Part shown: piece after piece, positions 1-11,688 of the stretch
How the letters are laid out: each line of letters begins with the position of its first letter
Position numbering within the stretch: the stretch's first letter is position 1
DNA from: Squalus acanthias
Lineage: Eukaryota
DNA: 64,000 nucleotides
NCBI GenBank assembly: GCA_030390025.1
Contig: CM059431.1
Location: 118,298,001-118,362,000, forward strand
Direction: 5' to 3'
The notes under the pieces: model-generated
The model's input: only the letters and a program-made list of their open reading frames with translations
Told to the model about the DNA's origin: nothing
Database searches by the model: none
Translations under genes and position numbers: made by a program

Positions 1-313
1 TCAATTATTTATCGCTGGAGGACCAATTTCACCTCATTGTTGTGAAATTCCTGCTTTCTTTAGATCTAGCAAAGAAGTTTATAAAAGCTGCTGGAATTTA
101 TGCTGAAAATGGCAACAGACTATTCAACCATATTTAGCACTGACCATTTCTAGTTTTCTTAAAATGGATCAACAAACTTTTGCAAAAATCGAGGTAAAAA
201 ACATTTTGTTGCCTGTTCAGGCATTGGTAGGCCAGGCTTGTGATATTTGTATTCAATTATACACCCTTTGAGGCTTGTCAAAAAGTGAAAATTTAATACC
301 GGGTTAAATGGCC

Positions 314-400
314 AACAACAACAACAACTTGTATTTATATCGTGCCTTTAACATAGTAAAACGTCCCAAGGAGTAATATAAGACAAAAAAATATTGACAC
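314..400 (-). repeat. L2/DeuSINE-type 3' tail fragment with (TTG)n end
   Basis: Reverse complement of ...gggacgttttactatgttaaagg.ac.atataaatacaagttgttgttg; the same tail ends the L2 copy at ~43150-43203. Confidence 0.7.
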
Positions 401-959
401 TATCAAAGGGCAATTTTTGAAGTATTTCATGGAGAGGAAAAGGACAGATCTGTTACAAATTCACATCTGCTGTAAATGCCTTCTCAGTTTCAGTGTTGAC
501 AGTCACTCTCATAAGCGGTCTAAGTGTCTTACTTTTATGGGCGTTGTCTCACACTACCCTATATCTGCACACAAAATATTATAACCCAGGAATGCAATGA
601 TAGAATCCCCTTGAGATCTCAACTGAATATTTGTGTCTTTCACAAGAATCCTTTTTCAATCTCTCCAAAGACAGACTGAGCAAACACTTGACGAGGCATG
701 GTCTGATAGGAAACAATAGGCTGCTTTATTTTACACTGAAGTGAACGTACAGAACAGTCATTATGACTAGACTCACTTCATTCAACAAGCACAATTTTCG
801 CGTAATGAGGCAAAATAAAGAACATGCGATGCACCCCCACCTCAGTGGGTCATCTTAATTGACTTAAACAAGATGGCTTATAACTATTCTACAGCATTTC
901 TAAGTTCTTTACCTCAGTAAAAGCCCTTGCAGCTTTCCCTTTAACAAATCTGACTGTGT

Positions 960-1530
960 GCTATTAGTGAGTTGCCCACAATGAATGCATCATGATAGAC
1001 ACCCACTTGCTGCGCATATACATGCAAAATGTACAGCCAGCCATTGCAAACCATCTGAACATTGAGGGAATGGTAGACTTTTCTGTTCCTGTGGCTTTCT
1101 TAGTTCAGAAGGGGAGCCTTTAATGCAATGTACGTTCCATCGATCTTCCGCAGCACTCTGGGTAAGCCACCAATCCTGTAAAAACTTAATGCCCTCTGCC
1201 TTTGCTATATGGAAAAGGGCATCAGTTACCTGTCAAATGCAAGTCCTCACTGTCCCTTGACTAATCCTGCACAGGTCCCTCGTGGATGCCTGGAAGGATA
1301 GAGACCCATAAAAGTTGAAGTCCATGGTGACCATTAGTTCTACAGTCAAGGCTTTGCTGCAAGTAGATCAGGGTTTTAAGTCATCATGGAGCAAGCTGTA
1401 GAATTGGCCGATGGTTTCCTTTGTAAAGCTTAGCCATCACACAGTCAGTTCCTCAGACATCTCCTATAATGTCAATCAAGGCCTATACACTCTTTGAGCC
1501 GGGTACTTGCATATGGGGTGCTGTCTCCTC
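960..1530 (-). pseudogene. Degraded Harbinger (HARBI1-like) DDE transposase remnant
   Basis: Manual minus-strand translation gives GGLPRVLRKIDGTYIALKAP..NRKVYHSLNVQMVC...HDAFIV, matching the transposase motifs seen in the other copies, with stops. Confidence 0.75.
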
Positions 1531-2240
1531 TGGTGGTGCTTCACTCTCCGATCTCTTGTCTCTGGTTCTTTTCCTCCTGTTTGTCTTCTTCCATTATAAT
1601 AGCAGGCAGGAGTAGAGCCAGAAAAAGAGTCATTTTTATTTCTCAAAAGGAATGGGAAATGGCTGTCTGTATTAACAGGATAAGAAATGCTTCAACCCTT
1701 CATGGAGCAGCTGATTTGCACCTGCTTCAGGTGCCTGAAAACCTGGTCATAATTAGAAGAGAGCCTCTTCTTAATTGTAACTTAAAAGGACGGGAGTTCA
1801 GGATTGGGGCAAATTCTGAAAGCCTTGGAAAAGGTCAGAAAGCATCTGAACTAATTAGCAGCCTTTGCCAATATTGAACAGGAAGGAAACTAAAAAAGTG
1901 ATGGGTAAAAATGAAGGGAAAGGGAGCCAAAGTACAGACATGAAACTGCAGGCAAGTTATGGAGCGGTCCAGGCATATGGTAGCTGAAGGTATTCCTGCA
2001 GCAGGTGGCAAAGCTCTGCAACTGGCTGATGACCCAGACCCTATGTAGACAGTTCCCCACAATTGTTGCCAGGGAGGTGTGTCATCTTAGACAATCAGGG
2101 TACACAGGCTGTTGATCAGTATGGTGTGCTTTTTTTCAGATGGTGCCACTGAAGGCAAGACATACTGTGACTGGGGTGTTTGTCAAAAAGCATACAACAT
2201 TATGGTTAGTCAGTCATTCACACATCTTACTGGTGCCATT

Positions 2241-2370
2241 GGGGGCGATTTTCACTTTCACCTGGGCAGTAAACTGGTGGAGTGGATCATCTGCCGGTTG
2301 TAGAATCGGCTTGATTTTCACCCCAATCAGTCAGATTAGCGCCCAGGGAGCGAAGGTAAAAATGACCCCC
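2241..2370. mobile_element. ~130-bp Harbinger-type MITE
   Basis: Imperfect TIRs gggggcgattttcac / gtaaaaatgaccccc; flanks att/act. Confidence 0.5.
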
Positions 2371-2450
2371 ACTGTGTCTGATAAGGCATCTTCCTTTGGG
2401 AAGGGGAGACAAAGCAATCTGTCTGCAGGTGCAGGTGTGTGAGAAAAAGG

Positions 2451-2806
2451 AAAGATTTGCATTTATAGAACGCCTTTCACGACCACCGGATGTCCCAAAG
2501 TGCTTTACAGCCAATTAAGTACTTTTGAAGTGTAGTCACTGTTGTAATGTGGGAAACGCAGCAGCCAATTTGCGCACAGCAAGCTCCCACAAACAGCAAT
2601 GTGATAATGACCAGATAATCTGTTTCTTTAATGATGTTGATGGAGGAAAAATATTGGCCAGGACACCAGGGATAACTCCCCTGCTCTTCTATGAAATAGT
2701 GCCATGGGATCTTTTACGTCCACCTGAGAGAGGAGTCGGGGCCTCGGTTTAATGTTTCATCCAAAAGACAGCACCTCCGACAGTGCAGCACTCCCTCAGC
2801 ACTGCA
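2451..2806 (-). mobile_element. DeuSINE (SacSINE1/AmnSINE1-like), 5'-truncated
   Basis: Reverse complement carries the Deu-domain-like ggtggacgtaaaagatcccatggcactatt...attatctggtcattatcacattgctgtttgtgggagcttgctgtgcgcaaattggctgc and an L2-type tail. Confidence 0.8.
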
Positions 2807-2819
2807 AGTTGTTGTTCGC

Positions 2820-3254
2820 ATGGGTATAATTAAGAATTGCGATCCTGCAGACTGGAACATCAGGAAATGGGGTGCAGAATGTTCCCATCCTCAAATCAAT
2901 ATTTAAACAAAGCTTCTGCCTGTTTTAAGTGGGCGTCAAGAGGAAAAGTCAAAGTGCCACAAGAGTGTAAGTCTAACATTACTTTTGTGGGGCCAGGCGG
3001 AGTAGGACCACTCCTTCGATCTTTACAGGAATAACGTGGACAGCTGCTCCCCAGGACTCACCCCATTCTGCGGTTGCCCTCTCCTTCCCGGGAGGTACCC
3101 TTTGACCAGCCGGGTCAGCCCTGGGTCACCCGATATTGCTCCGGTCTGAAGCCAGCGGGATGCATGTTGGGACCCTGCGGCACGTTCAAATTGGGATTGG
3201 TCGGCTGACCCACACGCTCTCCATCAACCGCCCACCTGATAGTTAAAATTGCCC
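2820..3254. mobile_element. Degraded Harbinger-type non-autonomous element
   Basis: Ends in ttaaaattgccc; internal ttgtggggccaggcggagtagg resembles the reverse complement of ~3965-3990. Confidence 0.35.
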
Positions 3255-3376
3255 TTTTACAATGGCTAATGTATAACAGTGCTTTCATTATTAATGTAAT
3301 TATTAATTATTATTAATTTAGGATAATGTTTGAAGGCTCCGTGTGTAAATGCACAGCCTGGTGTGGTTCAAATCCC

Positions 3377-3560
3377 AAAACAGAAAATGCTGGAAATACA
3401 CAGCATGTCAGTCAGCATCTGTAAAGCGAAAAGACGGGTTGTGATAGGTGCATAAACTGAAGGGGATACACCCAAAAGCATCATAACCTGTCTTCTCTTT
3501 ACATCTATTGGCTGATCTGCTGTGTTATTCCAGCATTTTCTGTTTATATTTCAGATTTCC
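3377..3560. repeat. Palindromic remnant of the Penelope-related hammerhead retroposon terminus
   Basis: About 60-bp imperfect inverted arms at 3377-3440 and 3486-3545, homologous to the 3' end of the 46847-47113 element. Confidence 0.65.
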
Positions 3561-3568
3561 AACACTTC

Positions 3569-4340
3569 GGCCGGGATTTTCCCGTTTTACACCCGCACGG
3601 TGCGGGGGGACCTGGTAGACAGCGGGAAATCCGAGTTCTGGGTTTCCCCATACGCTGTTTAACACCACAGTGTGCGTGTGACGTAATGACAGGCTGGCTT
3701 CCAGTTGGGTAGGGAATGCAGGCTGAGCACTACAGCAACAGGTAAGTGCTGGGTCCAGGTGAGGTGGGTGGGGGTTCTAAGCCCATGGGGGGGGGGGGGG
3801 CAAGCCCGGGGGTGGGGAGGGGGTCTGATCCTCCGGGAGGGGTCTGATCCCTGTCTCCGGGGGTGGAGTTGCGATTCTCGGTGCGGGGGGGGGGGGGGGT
3901 CTGATCCCCAAACCCGGGTGGGTGTGGGCTGCTGGTGGGGGAGCTTGGGGGGCCGGGAGGAAGCACTCCTGCTCTTCCCGGCCCACAAGAGTTGCTCCCT
4001 GAGGCTGTCCTCGCCTCGCTGCAGCTACCGGGAATCCCTAGGCCCAGGTGTCTCGGGAATTCCTAGGCCCAGGTGCCTCGCTGCAGCAACCGGGAATCCC
4101 TAGGCCCAGGTTAAAGTAGAGGCTTCAGGCCTCATTATCATATTTAAAAGGCCAACCCGCCTTCTGGCAGCAGGCTGGCTGCCCGCCTCCTGTCCCCCCT
4201 GAGTAAAATGTGAAAGTGGGCGGTTTGGGGCGGGTTGGGGTCGGGTTTTAGATTTTTCAAACTTTCACTCCCCCCCCACCCCACCCCCCTACCCCACCTC
4301 GCCTCAAACCCACCTGTTTCTTCCTGTGAAAACTCCCGCC
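3569..4340. mobile_element. GC-rich Harbinger-type non-autonomous element with G-tracts and internal tandem repeats
   Basis: Ends ggccgggattttc / gaaaactcccgcc; 3x ggggtctgatcc (~3819-3910); 3x gggaat(c/t)cctaggcccaggt (~4030-4111). Confidence 0.55.
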
Positions 4341-4359
4341 TCGCACTTTTCATTTTACA

Positions 4360-4735
4360 GTGGTAGTGAGCCACACAGACCTGGAAGGATCACAGGCTGA
4401 TTTCTGATCTACACTGACTTAGCAGACCTCAGTCGGGGCAGTAGTGGGGGGCGACAGTTTGCTTCAGTGCCTCCGGGCTAGAGAGGAGACAAATGAGCCA
4501 GGAGTCGCACTTCTGTTTGCTATGCAGTGACATGGGAGGATGTTGGGTGATGGTAGGATGAAGCTCAGATGTGGCAGTTGAATTGTCTGCCAGCACTCAA
4601 CTGTCTCGATTTATACATGAAAAATGGCCACTTACACAAGATACAGGAGAGCTCCTGATATCTGTGGAGCAATTCCCCAGTGTAAATCAAGTGTTTTCTG
4701 AACAGGGCAGAAAATTGGGATTAAAAGAAGAAAAT
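4360..4735 (+). mobile_element. Old unclassified SINE-like repeat
   Basis: Resembles a recalled fish/shark interspersed repeat and ends in an A/G-rich tail; family not established. Confidence 0.3.
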
Positions 4736-4932
4736 GAAAAAATTAGATGGCTGAACTCTCCAAATACTGCTCCTTTACCTTCTTGGATCTCACTTATTTA
4801 TTGCATGCTTGTAGCAGGTGGGTTGTCTTATGCTAGGTATATCATTTAAATAAGCTGGATAGAGGGAAAATTCTATTTATGTAATATTTCATACTTTATC
4901 TCTCAGTAAACATGGGGTTTTTCGCCATCGCT

Positions 4933-4995
4933 GTGAAGCACCTTGGGACATTTTACTACGTTAAAGGCGCTATATAAATACAAGTTGTTGTTGTT
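4933..4995 (+). repeat. L2/DeuSINE-type 3' tail
   Basis: gtgaagcaccttgggacattttactacgttaaaggcgctatataaatacaagttgttgttgtt. Confidence 0.7.
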
Positions 4996-5068
4996 TATAA
5001 TCAGCCCCCATGAAGAAATGCTCGTCAGTGATAAAGAATTTCAACACTTCTACACATGACGGCAATTT

Positions 5069-6138
5069 CAAATGTAACAGAATATATGTGGCAGATTTGT
5101 AACTAATTATTTGTCTATCATGGAATCATACAGCACAGAAAGAGGCCATTTGGCCCATTGTGTTTGTGCCGGCTCTTTGAACGAGCTATCTAATTAGTCC
5201 CGCTCCCTGCTCTTTTCCCATCGCCCTGCAAATTTCTCATTTTCAACTATATATCTAATTCCTTTTTGAAAGTTACTATTGAATCTGTTTCCACCACCCT
5301 TTCAGGCAGTGCTTTCCAGATCATAACAACGTGCTGTGTAAAAAAAATTCTCCTCATTTTCCCCCTGGATTTTTTGCCAATTATCTTAACTCTCTGTCCT
5401 CTGGTTACCGACCCTCCTGCCAGTGGAAACTGTTTCTCCCGATCTACTCTATCCAAACCTCTTATAATTTTGAATAATTTTCAAATCTCCCCTTAACCTT
5501 CTCTGCTATAAAGAGAATAATTCCAGCTTCTATACACTTTCCACTTCACTGAATTCCCTCATCTCTTGTGTCATTCTGGTAAATCTCCTCTGTACCCTCT
5601 CCAAGGTCTTGACCTCCTTCCTGAAGTGTTGCATCCAGAATTGGGAAAAATACCATAGCTGAGGCTAACCAGTGATTTATAAAGTTTACCATCACTTCCT
5701 TGCTTCTGTACTCCAGGGGGGCTAAATTTGATAGGCCCCGAAAACGGGTGCGGGGATCGCAATGCGTCGAGAAACAGCTTCCACTGGCAGGAGGGTCGGT
5801 AACCAGAGGACAGAGAGTTAAAATAATTGGCAAAAAATCCAGGGGGAAAATGAGGAGAATTTTTTTTACACAGCCCGTTGTTATGATCTGGAATGCACTG
5901 CCTGAAAGGGTGGTGGAAACAGATTCAATAGTACCTTTCAAAAAGGAATTAGATATATAGTTGAAAATGAGAAATTTGCAGGGCCATGGGAAAAGAACAG
6001 GGAACGGGACTAATTAGATAGCTCGTTCAAAGAGCTGGCACAAACACGATGGGCCAAATGGCCTCCTTCTGTGCTGTATGATTCCACGCTAGTCAAATAA
6101 TTAGTTACAAATCTGCCGCATATATTCTGTTACATTTG
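5069..6138. repeat. ~370-bp inverted duplication (arms 5069-5438 and 5769-6138)
   Basis: The arms are near-identical reverse complements and include ~50 bp of unique flank beyond the CR1 tail. Confidence 0.95.
5122..5715 (-). mobile_element. CR1 LINE 3' fragment
   Basis: ORF 5247-5456 has the CR1 ORF2 C-terminal motif FPLAGGSVTRG..RRIFFTQ.VV.IW.ALP; upstream EYRSKEV. Continues after the Harbinger at 7921-8062. Confidence 0.9.
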
Positions 6139-7923
6139 CTTCCAATATAGGCAGCACATAAACTTTGTGCTGCCTGCTAATTTAAATGATTGCAGTGTTG
6201 AGGCAGCACTAAGCGCGCTGTTGAGTGGCTGAATACCTCAGCAGGGGGACCAAGTTCATACGAGGCTAGCACCTCTTAAAGCTAGCCTGCACTACTTAAA
6301 GCCAGCCTGCACCTCTTAAAGGGGAGGTGCATTCTGGCTGGAGCATGTGCTGGAAGTGGCGGGGAAGAGAGTCTGACCTGCAAGAACAGTGACTAATGGT
6401 GCAATAGGGGAGAGAGCGTGCTCCAATGTTTTCAGACGCTGCACTGGAGGCCTTGGTGGAGGAGGTGGACAGGAGAAAAGAGGTCCCCTATCCATAGGGG
6501 TCCAGGACGCCTTCCAGACTAACTTTCAGATGGCGGTGGCCAATGTTCCCTCTAATTGTTTTTTCATGTGAGGTCCCTTTAACTGGCTGCATGGCCCATT
6601 AAAATGTTCGCGCCTGTGTGGTTTATTCCATGTAATAGCCGGTGAATGGCCTGCGCGGGACCTCCAGACCACTGCGCGGCCACACAGCTGAACAGGAATG
6701 TTGGCAGTGGGAGCAGGTAGCCGTGGCGCTCAGTGCCAGAAGTTAAGCCCCGAGAACTTGGATGCAAAATGTTCAATGACCTCACACTAATGGTCAAGGT
6801 CAGTGAATTCATCTTCAAATGCCACATCCCACCAACTGCACCACTAGCCTCTCACACTGCAAAATGCACCACACCCACATCAGTCAGCTACGAACAATCT
6901 CTATCAAACAAGACTCATACCTTATATTCATAGCTTCAACTCGCCCTCACACACTTACCACTGCTGCAAGCCTCACACTCACATTTCACATCTTGCACAC
7001 ACTGTTAGCTATTCAACAATGACAGGCACATCACCCAAACACATTGCACTACACTCACTGACACAATTCCCTCTCTCTTGCAGGACATAACCAGAGGCAA
7101 CAGGAGCTAACTGGCTGCAGGACCTTACCCCGATGGAGGGGACGGTGGTCGCTATCATTGGAGTGGCCATTGCTGTTCCGGTGGCCAGTGGCTGGGCTGA
7201 AACAATCAAAGATGGCAGTATCCTGATACCTAATCCTCCTTCTAACATTCCACTTCCCCCTCATTCCACAATCTCTTCTGATTTATAAGCTGCAGATGGT
7301 TTAAGAATGCACCTCTTACTTTACCCCCTCCTCTCACCACAAACCTACCTTTGTGTATTTCTCCTTTCAGATAGCCAAGAATTGCAACCTGGCCAGGCAG
7401 TGGTGGAAGAGCAGAAACTGGAAGAGGAAGAAGGCAGTAATGATGAAGACACAGCACCATCACTTGATTTAACACTTACAGTCACCAGCTCAGATACTGA
7501 CACTCCGCGCACTTTAGAGGGTAGCTTAGACGCGGGATCTGCATATGGTGAGACACCGGGTACGAGTGGCCTGCAGACAGGCCAGGAGGCAAAGGTAGCG
7601 CAGGTGCCAGCTCCCTGGAGGGCGTGGTTGCATACAGGTTCTGCTGCAGAGGACTCAGATGAGCACTTCAATGGGGCAGGCTACAGAGGAAAGCCGATGG
7701 GTATGCCTCCTCCCTTCCTCTTGCTCCTCCTCCTCATCCTCCTCTTCCTGATTGACATCATGATCTGCATACTCTGCATACTTCCGGCACACGCACCCTG
7801 CGCCCGCGCTAAGGCCCTACACAAGATGGTGTCCGGCATGGCCTGCATCAGAAGTGCACGCACGCGGATGCCATTTTGGAGCCAATACCAACCCCTGCGG
7901 GACACCACTGTACACTTCGCTCC
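5716..7923 (+). mobile_element. Internally deleted Harbinger element with Myb/SANT gene remnants
   Basis: Left end ggggctaaattt, degenerate right end acacttcgctcc; exon remnants ERAPMFSDAALEALVEEVDRRKEV, KMFNDLTLMVK|gt, and acidic exon 3 (ORF 7307-7930). Confidence 0.75.
6541..6703. mobile_element. hAT-type MITE inserted in Harbinger Myb exon 1
   Basis: Starts caatgttccctctaa, ends aggaatgttg; 8-bp imperfect TSD gcggtggc/gcagtggg. Confidence 0.6.
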
Positions 7924-8062
7924 AGTCTGATAAACAACCGTTCACTACAACTCTCTGCTTTCTGTTTCTTAGCCAATATTGTATCTACCCCTTTATTGTC
8001 ACTGCCCCTTTAATCCCATGGGCTTCAATCTTGCTAACAAGTCTATTATGTGGCACTTTATC
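7921..8062 (-). mobile_element. CR1 RT fragment
   Basis: Minus-strand translation DKVPHNRLVSKIEAHGIKG...WLRNRKQRVVVNGCLSDW. Confidence 0.85.
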
Positions 8063-9087
8063 AGAGATGAGTTACTGAATTTCATTTCAAATGTGCCTTA
8101 TAGCACACAAAAAAAGTTGTTGAGTTATAGCTCAATTTAGCCCAGTCCACCCATAATAATTGGCTTAATTAGCCAGTACACAGAAATGCATTAGCACTAT
8201 ATATAATTAACTGTGGAAGTATGTGAGTTTGTAATAATTACATGAAAGAAGGGTTACTCTCAGTGTAACCTTTCCACTCTAAGTGGTAAATAGGCAGTAG
8301 CATTACCACAAAGAGGATAATTCTACTCTTTAGGATGCTGGGCTGTTTTTTTTTAACACAACTAGAAAGTTTATGATGCATTAATTTAGAGAATGTGTGA
8401 TTATACATTTTCAAGCCTTTTCTTGTTATCCAGTTCCTAATCATAGACTAGGAAATGGCATTAATTTATTCTGAGCCAATTATAATGAGATTTGGGGTCT
8501 GTAGTTCAGGATCTGCCATTTATCCTAAGCAAAGTACTGCTGGCATGAATATATTTATCTCTCACCTCTCCCTGAGGTGTCTCCAGACGTAGTTTTACTC
8601 TTTGTGCAAGTGTTGGTTGGTATAGTCACTGGAAAGAATCAGGCCATAGAAGGCAGATTGACTAAAAAGTGTTTTTCATATTATAATGATAGATTTGAAA
8701 GGGAAGCATAATGTGAAGGTGAACTTTGCCCAGGGAACATTACTTCTCACCATCCATCAAAAGGTACCTGTAGCAGGCAATTGCCACAATATAGTCCAGC
8801 TACCTAATTTTCAATAAAACTCCATAAACACGACATTCTGATTTTATTTATCCTGGTTTTGGTTCTCCAATAGTCTTCCTGAGCACAGAATTTAATTCAA
8901 TTATTAGATTTTGCCACTCATTTAAAAAAGTACTTGTATCCCATTACTGCAGTAAAAAAAAATTAGAAGGGTTAATATAGTTCACGTAGACTTCTTATGT
9001 TGTCCGTTCATCAAGGTGACAGATGTCAGTGCTGACGTAGACTACTTTCCAGTTGACACCTTGAGTCAGAATGTGTGGTCAATACAA

Positions 9088-9108
9088 TGTGTGTGTGTGT
9101 GTGTGTGT
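9088..9108. repeat. (TG)n microsatellite
   Basis: About 10 TG units. Confidence 0.9.
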
Positions 9109-9199
9109 GGAGTCTGAGGATTTGGTGTTGCTCCATTTGGCTGGATTCTCTCTTGACTCACAACTCACAACTACACTTCAAGAGTATTTCATCGGCTGT

Positions 9200-10557
9200 C
9201 TTCTTCTTCTTTCATATGGTAGTAGCAAAGCAAATCAAATGTCAATATCTAAGACAGATATCCAGGCCAAAGCTTCTGGTGTAACAGCATGGATATCTTG
9301 TAGGCTGCCTGAGGGCAGTGCTCAATGATGTGCTCCAGGGTCTGATTAGGAGCTCCACAGTCGGATGATGGGGATGCTTTAATCTTCCATCTATGGAGAA
9401 GGTGGCAGCATCTATCATGACCGGTTCTGAGGCGGTTGATGGTTGTCCACTGTTTGCGAGGAAGGTTTGATCCTTCAGGTTGTACTGTGGGGTCCTCTAT
9501 AAGGAATCCTTTCCGTATGTCACAGTTCTTCCAAGCATTTGGCCATCGGTCATCAAGGCTGAGGGGAGATCGCTGAAGGGCCTCAGCGACGGTCCAAATT
9601 GGCCTTCTAGATTTGAGATGGATTGGTGGTAGGTTGTTCAAGTCGGCCTGGATCGGCATGTCTTTGCTGGTTGTATTCTCGGGAGACTGCATATTCGCGG
9701 TGTAGGTGTGGTGGTGCAATGTTTGCAACCACAGGCAGCCAAGGTGTTGGTGTCAATAAAAGCATACCGGTGATAATTCTCATAGTAGAATTCAGCTGGA
9801 CATCAATGGATTTGACATGCGGGCTTGATAACCATGCCAGAGAGCAGTACTCCGCTGTAGAGTGCACCAGGGCGAGTGCTGCCGTATGGAGGGTTTAAGC
9901 ATCTGCTCCCCATGTGGATCCGGCGAGTTTCTGGATCAAGTTCACCCTACTCTTTAGTTTCTTCCCAAGGTTCTGAAGATGCTGACTATATGACAGAGTG
10001 CGATCATGCATGACTCCTAAATAGGAGGGTTTTTTGGCATGGTTTACCTCTGCGCCGCAAAAGGAGACTTTCAATGCTTGGTTTGCTTGATGGGTGATGA
10101 GGTGGAATTTCGAGGTGAAAGTCTTTTGCGGGTTTGATCGAATTCGCCATCGGCAGAAGTAGGCCTCCATCCTCTGTAAATCACTGGTTAGGGTCTCTTC
10201 GGTGATGGACAGATTAATGTTTTGTGTGGTCAAGGCAATGTCATTAGCATATACAAACTTGCGGGACTCTGTTTCGGGCAGGTCACTGGTGTAAGCGTTG
10301 AATAACATGGGTGCCAGGACAGAACCCTGTAGGAGTCCGTTGTTCAATGTCCTATATCTGCTCTTCTAGGTGCTAGTGTACACACGGAAGCGTCGGTTGC
10401 TAAGCATGAAGTTGAGAAGATGGATCGTTGTTCTGCAGGGTAACATGGTGGAGAGCTTGAAAAGCAGTCCATGCTTCCATACTGTGTCATATGCCACTGA
10501 CAGGTCCGCGAGTGCTATGGCGGTCTTGAGCTGGTGCTGGGAGCCTGCTTCAATGTA
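9200..10557 (-). mobile_element. 5'-truncated non-LTR retrotransposon, Ingi/Vingi-like (I group), with frameshifted RT
   Basis: RT motifs DLSVAYDTVW, GLLQGSVLAPMLFNAYTSD, YAND (degenerate YADD); C-terminal LRTGH...CG..QTLEHI..CP; (GAA)n tail; flanking direct repeat cggctgt at 9193-9199 and 10558-10564. Confidence 0.75.
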
Positions 10558-10565
10558 CGGCTGTA

Positions 10566-10932
10566 AACATAAGAACATAAGAAGTAAGAGCAGGAGTAGG
10601 CCATACGGCCCCTCGAGCCTGCTCCGCCATTCAATAAGATCATGGCTGATCATCGACCTCAACTCCACTTTCCCGTCCGATCTCCATATCCCTTGATTCC
10701 CCTAGAGTCCAAAAATCTATCTATCTCAGCCTTGAATATACTCAAAGACTCAGCATTCACAGCACTCTGGGGCAGAGAATTCCAAAGATTCACAACCCTC
10801 TGAGTGAAGAAATTCTTCCTCATCTCAGTCTTAAATGGCCTACCCCTTATCCTGAGACTATGGCCCCTAGCTCTAGACACTCCAGCCAGGGGAAACAACC
10901 TCTCAGTATCTCCCCTGTCAATCCCCTTCAGA
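10566..10932 (-). mobile_element. CR1 LINE 3' fragment
   Basis: ORF 10659-10943 has RKNFFTQRVVNLWNSLP; (TTCTTATG)n tail. Confidence 0.92.
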
Positions 10933-11479
10933 GAACATCCCATGGTAAAGCATGAAAGGTGCTATATAAATGCAAGTCTTTCTTTTTTCTTTAACAGTCT
11001 AAGGATAAAGGTTTATCTTTAATCCAACTCTATTGTACCTGTCTTTACTTTTATTCTATTTTCATTTTATTTTAAACTATTTAATTACCTTGATTTGTTT
11101 ATCTCCCTCTTTCCATAATATATTTTGGAGTTGGAAGCAACTTTTTTTAAACATTGACTGCAAAGGTTCTTTTTTTCACCCAATTGAATGGCAAAGATAT
11201 AACGATTAAACCATGCAATAGATATTTTACCCATAAAAACATATCACGATAAGAAGGGACTGTGCTGAATGGGTGTATTTTCTGATCTTTTTTATTTCTC
11301 CCTCTGTTAACCAACTTGGGACATCTTTCTATGTTAAAGATGCTATATAAATGCAAATAGTTGTCATCAGTGGCCATAGGCAAATAACCTCATCTGCAGC
11401 TCACCAGGAATTAGTTGGGAGGCAAGTGGGCATAATTTCTTTTATGTGCCTGTGTTATATGTTACAGAGAACAACCTTA

Positions 11480-11688
11480 CAACAAGGGGATTTATTTTAC
11501 ATAAAGGTTCTGAGGATCTGGAATGTGTTGGAAACAGGATCCATAATGACTTTTAAATAGAAAGCCCATACATTTTTGAAAAGGTAAAATTTAAAAGGTC
11601 GTGGGGACAGGGGAAGGAAATGAGACTAAGTGGACAGCATTTTGCCACAATAGGCTGAATGCCCTGCTTTTGTGCTGCAAAACTCTAT
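11480..11688 (+). mobile_element. Old CR1 3' remnant
   Basis: Degenerate ...KVLRIWN..TFK followed by a CR1-type 3' UTR stem (taggctgaatgccctgcttttgtgctg). Confidence 0.55.

Noticed and set aside
3659..4103. Pro-rich and Gly-rich ORFs on both strands
   Set aside because: They are by-products of G/C homopolymer tracts in a repeat.
4030..4111. CRISPR-like repeat-spacer pattern
   Set aside because: Only three ~20-bp repeats with short related spacers, in a eukaryotic context with no cas genes; a local tandem duplication.
10366..10668. 100-aa ORF joining a hydrophobic leader to an RT segment
   Set aside because: It is an accidental read-through from a CR1 3' UTR into the adjacent truncated LINE.
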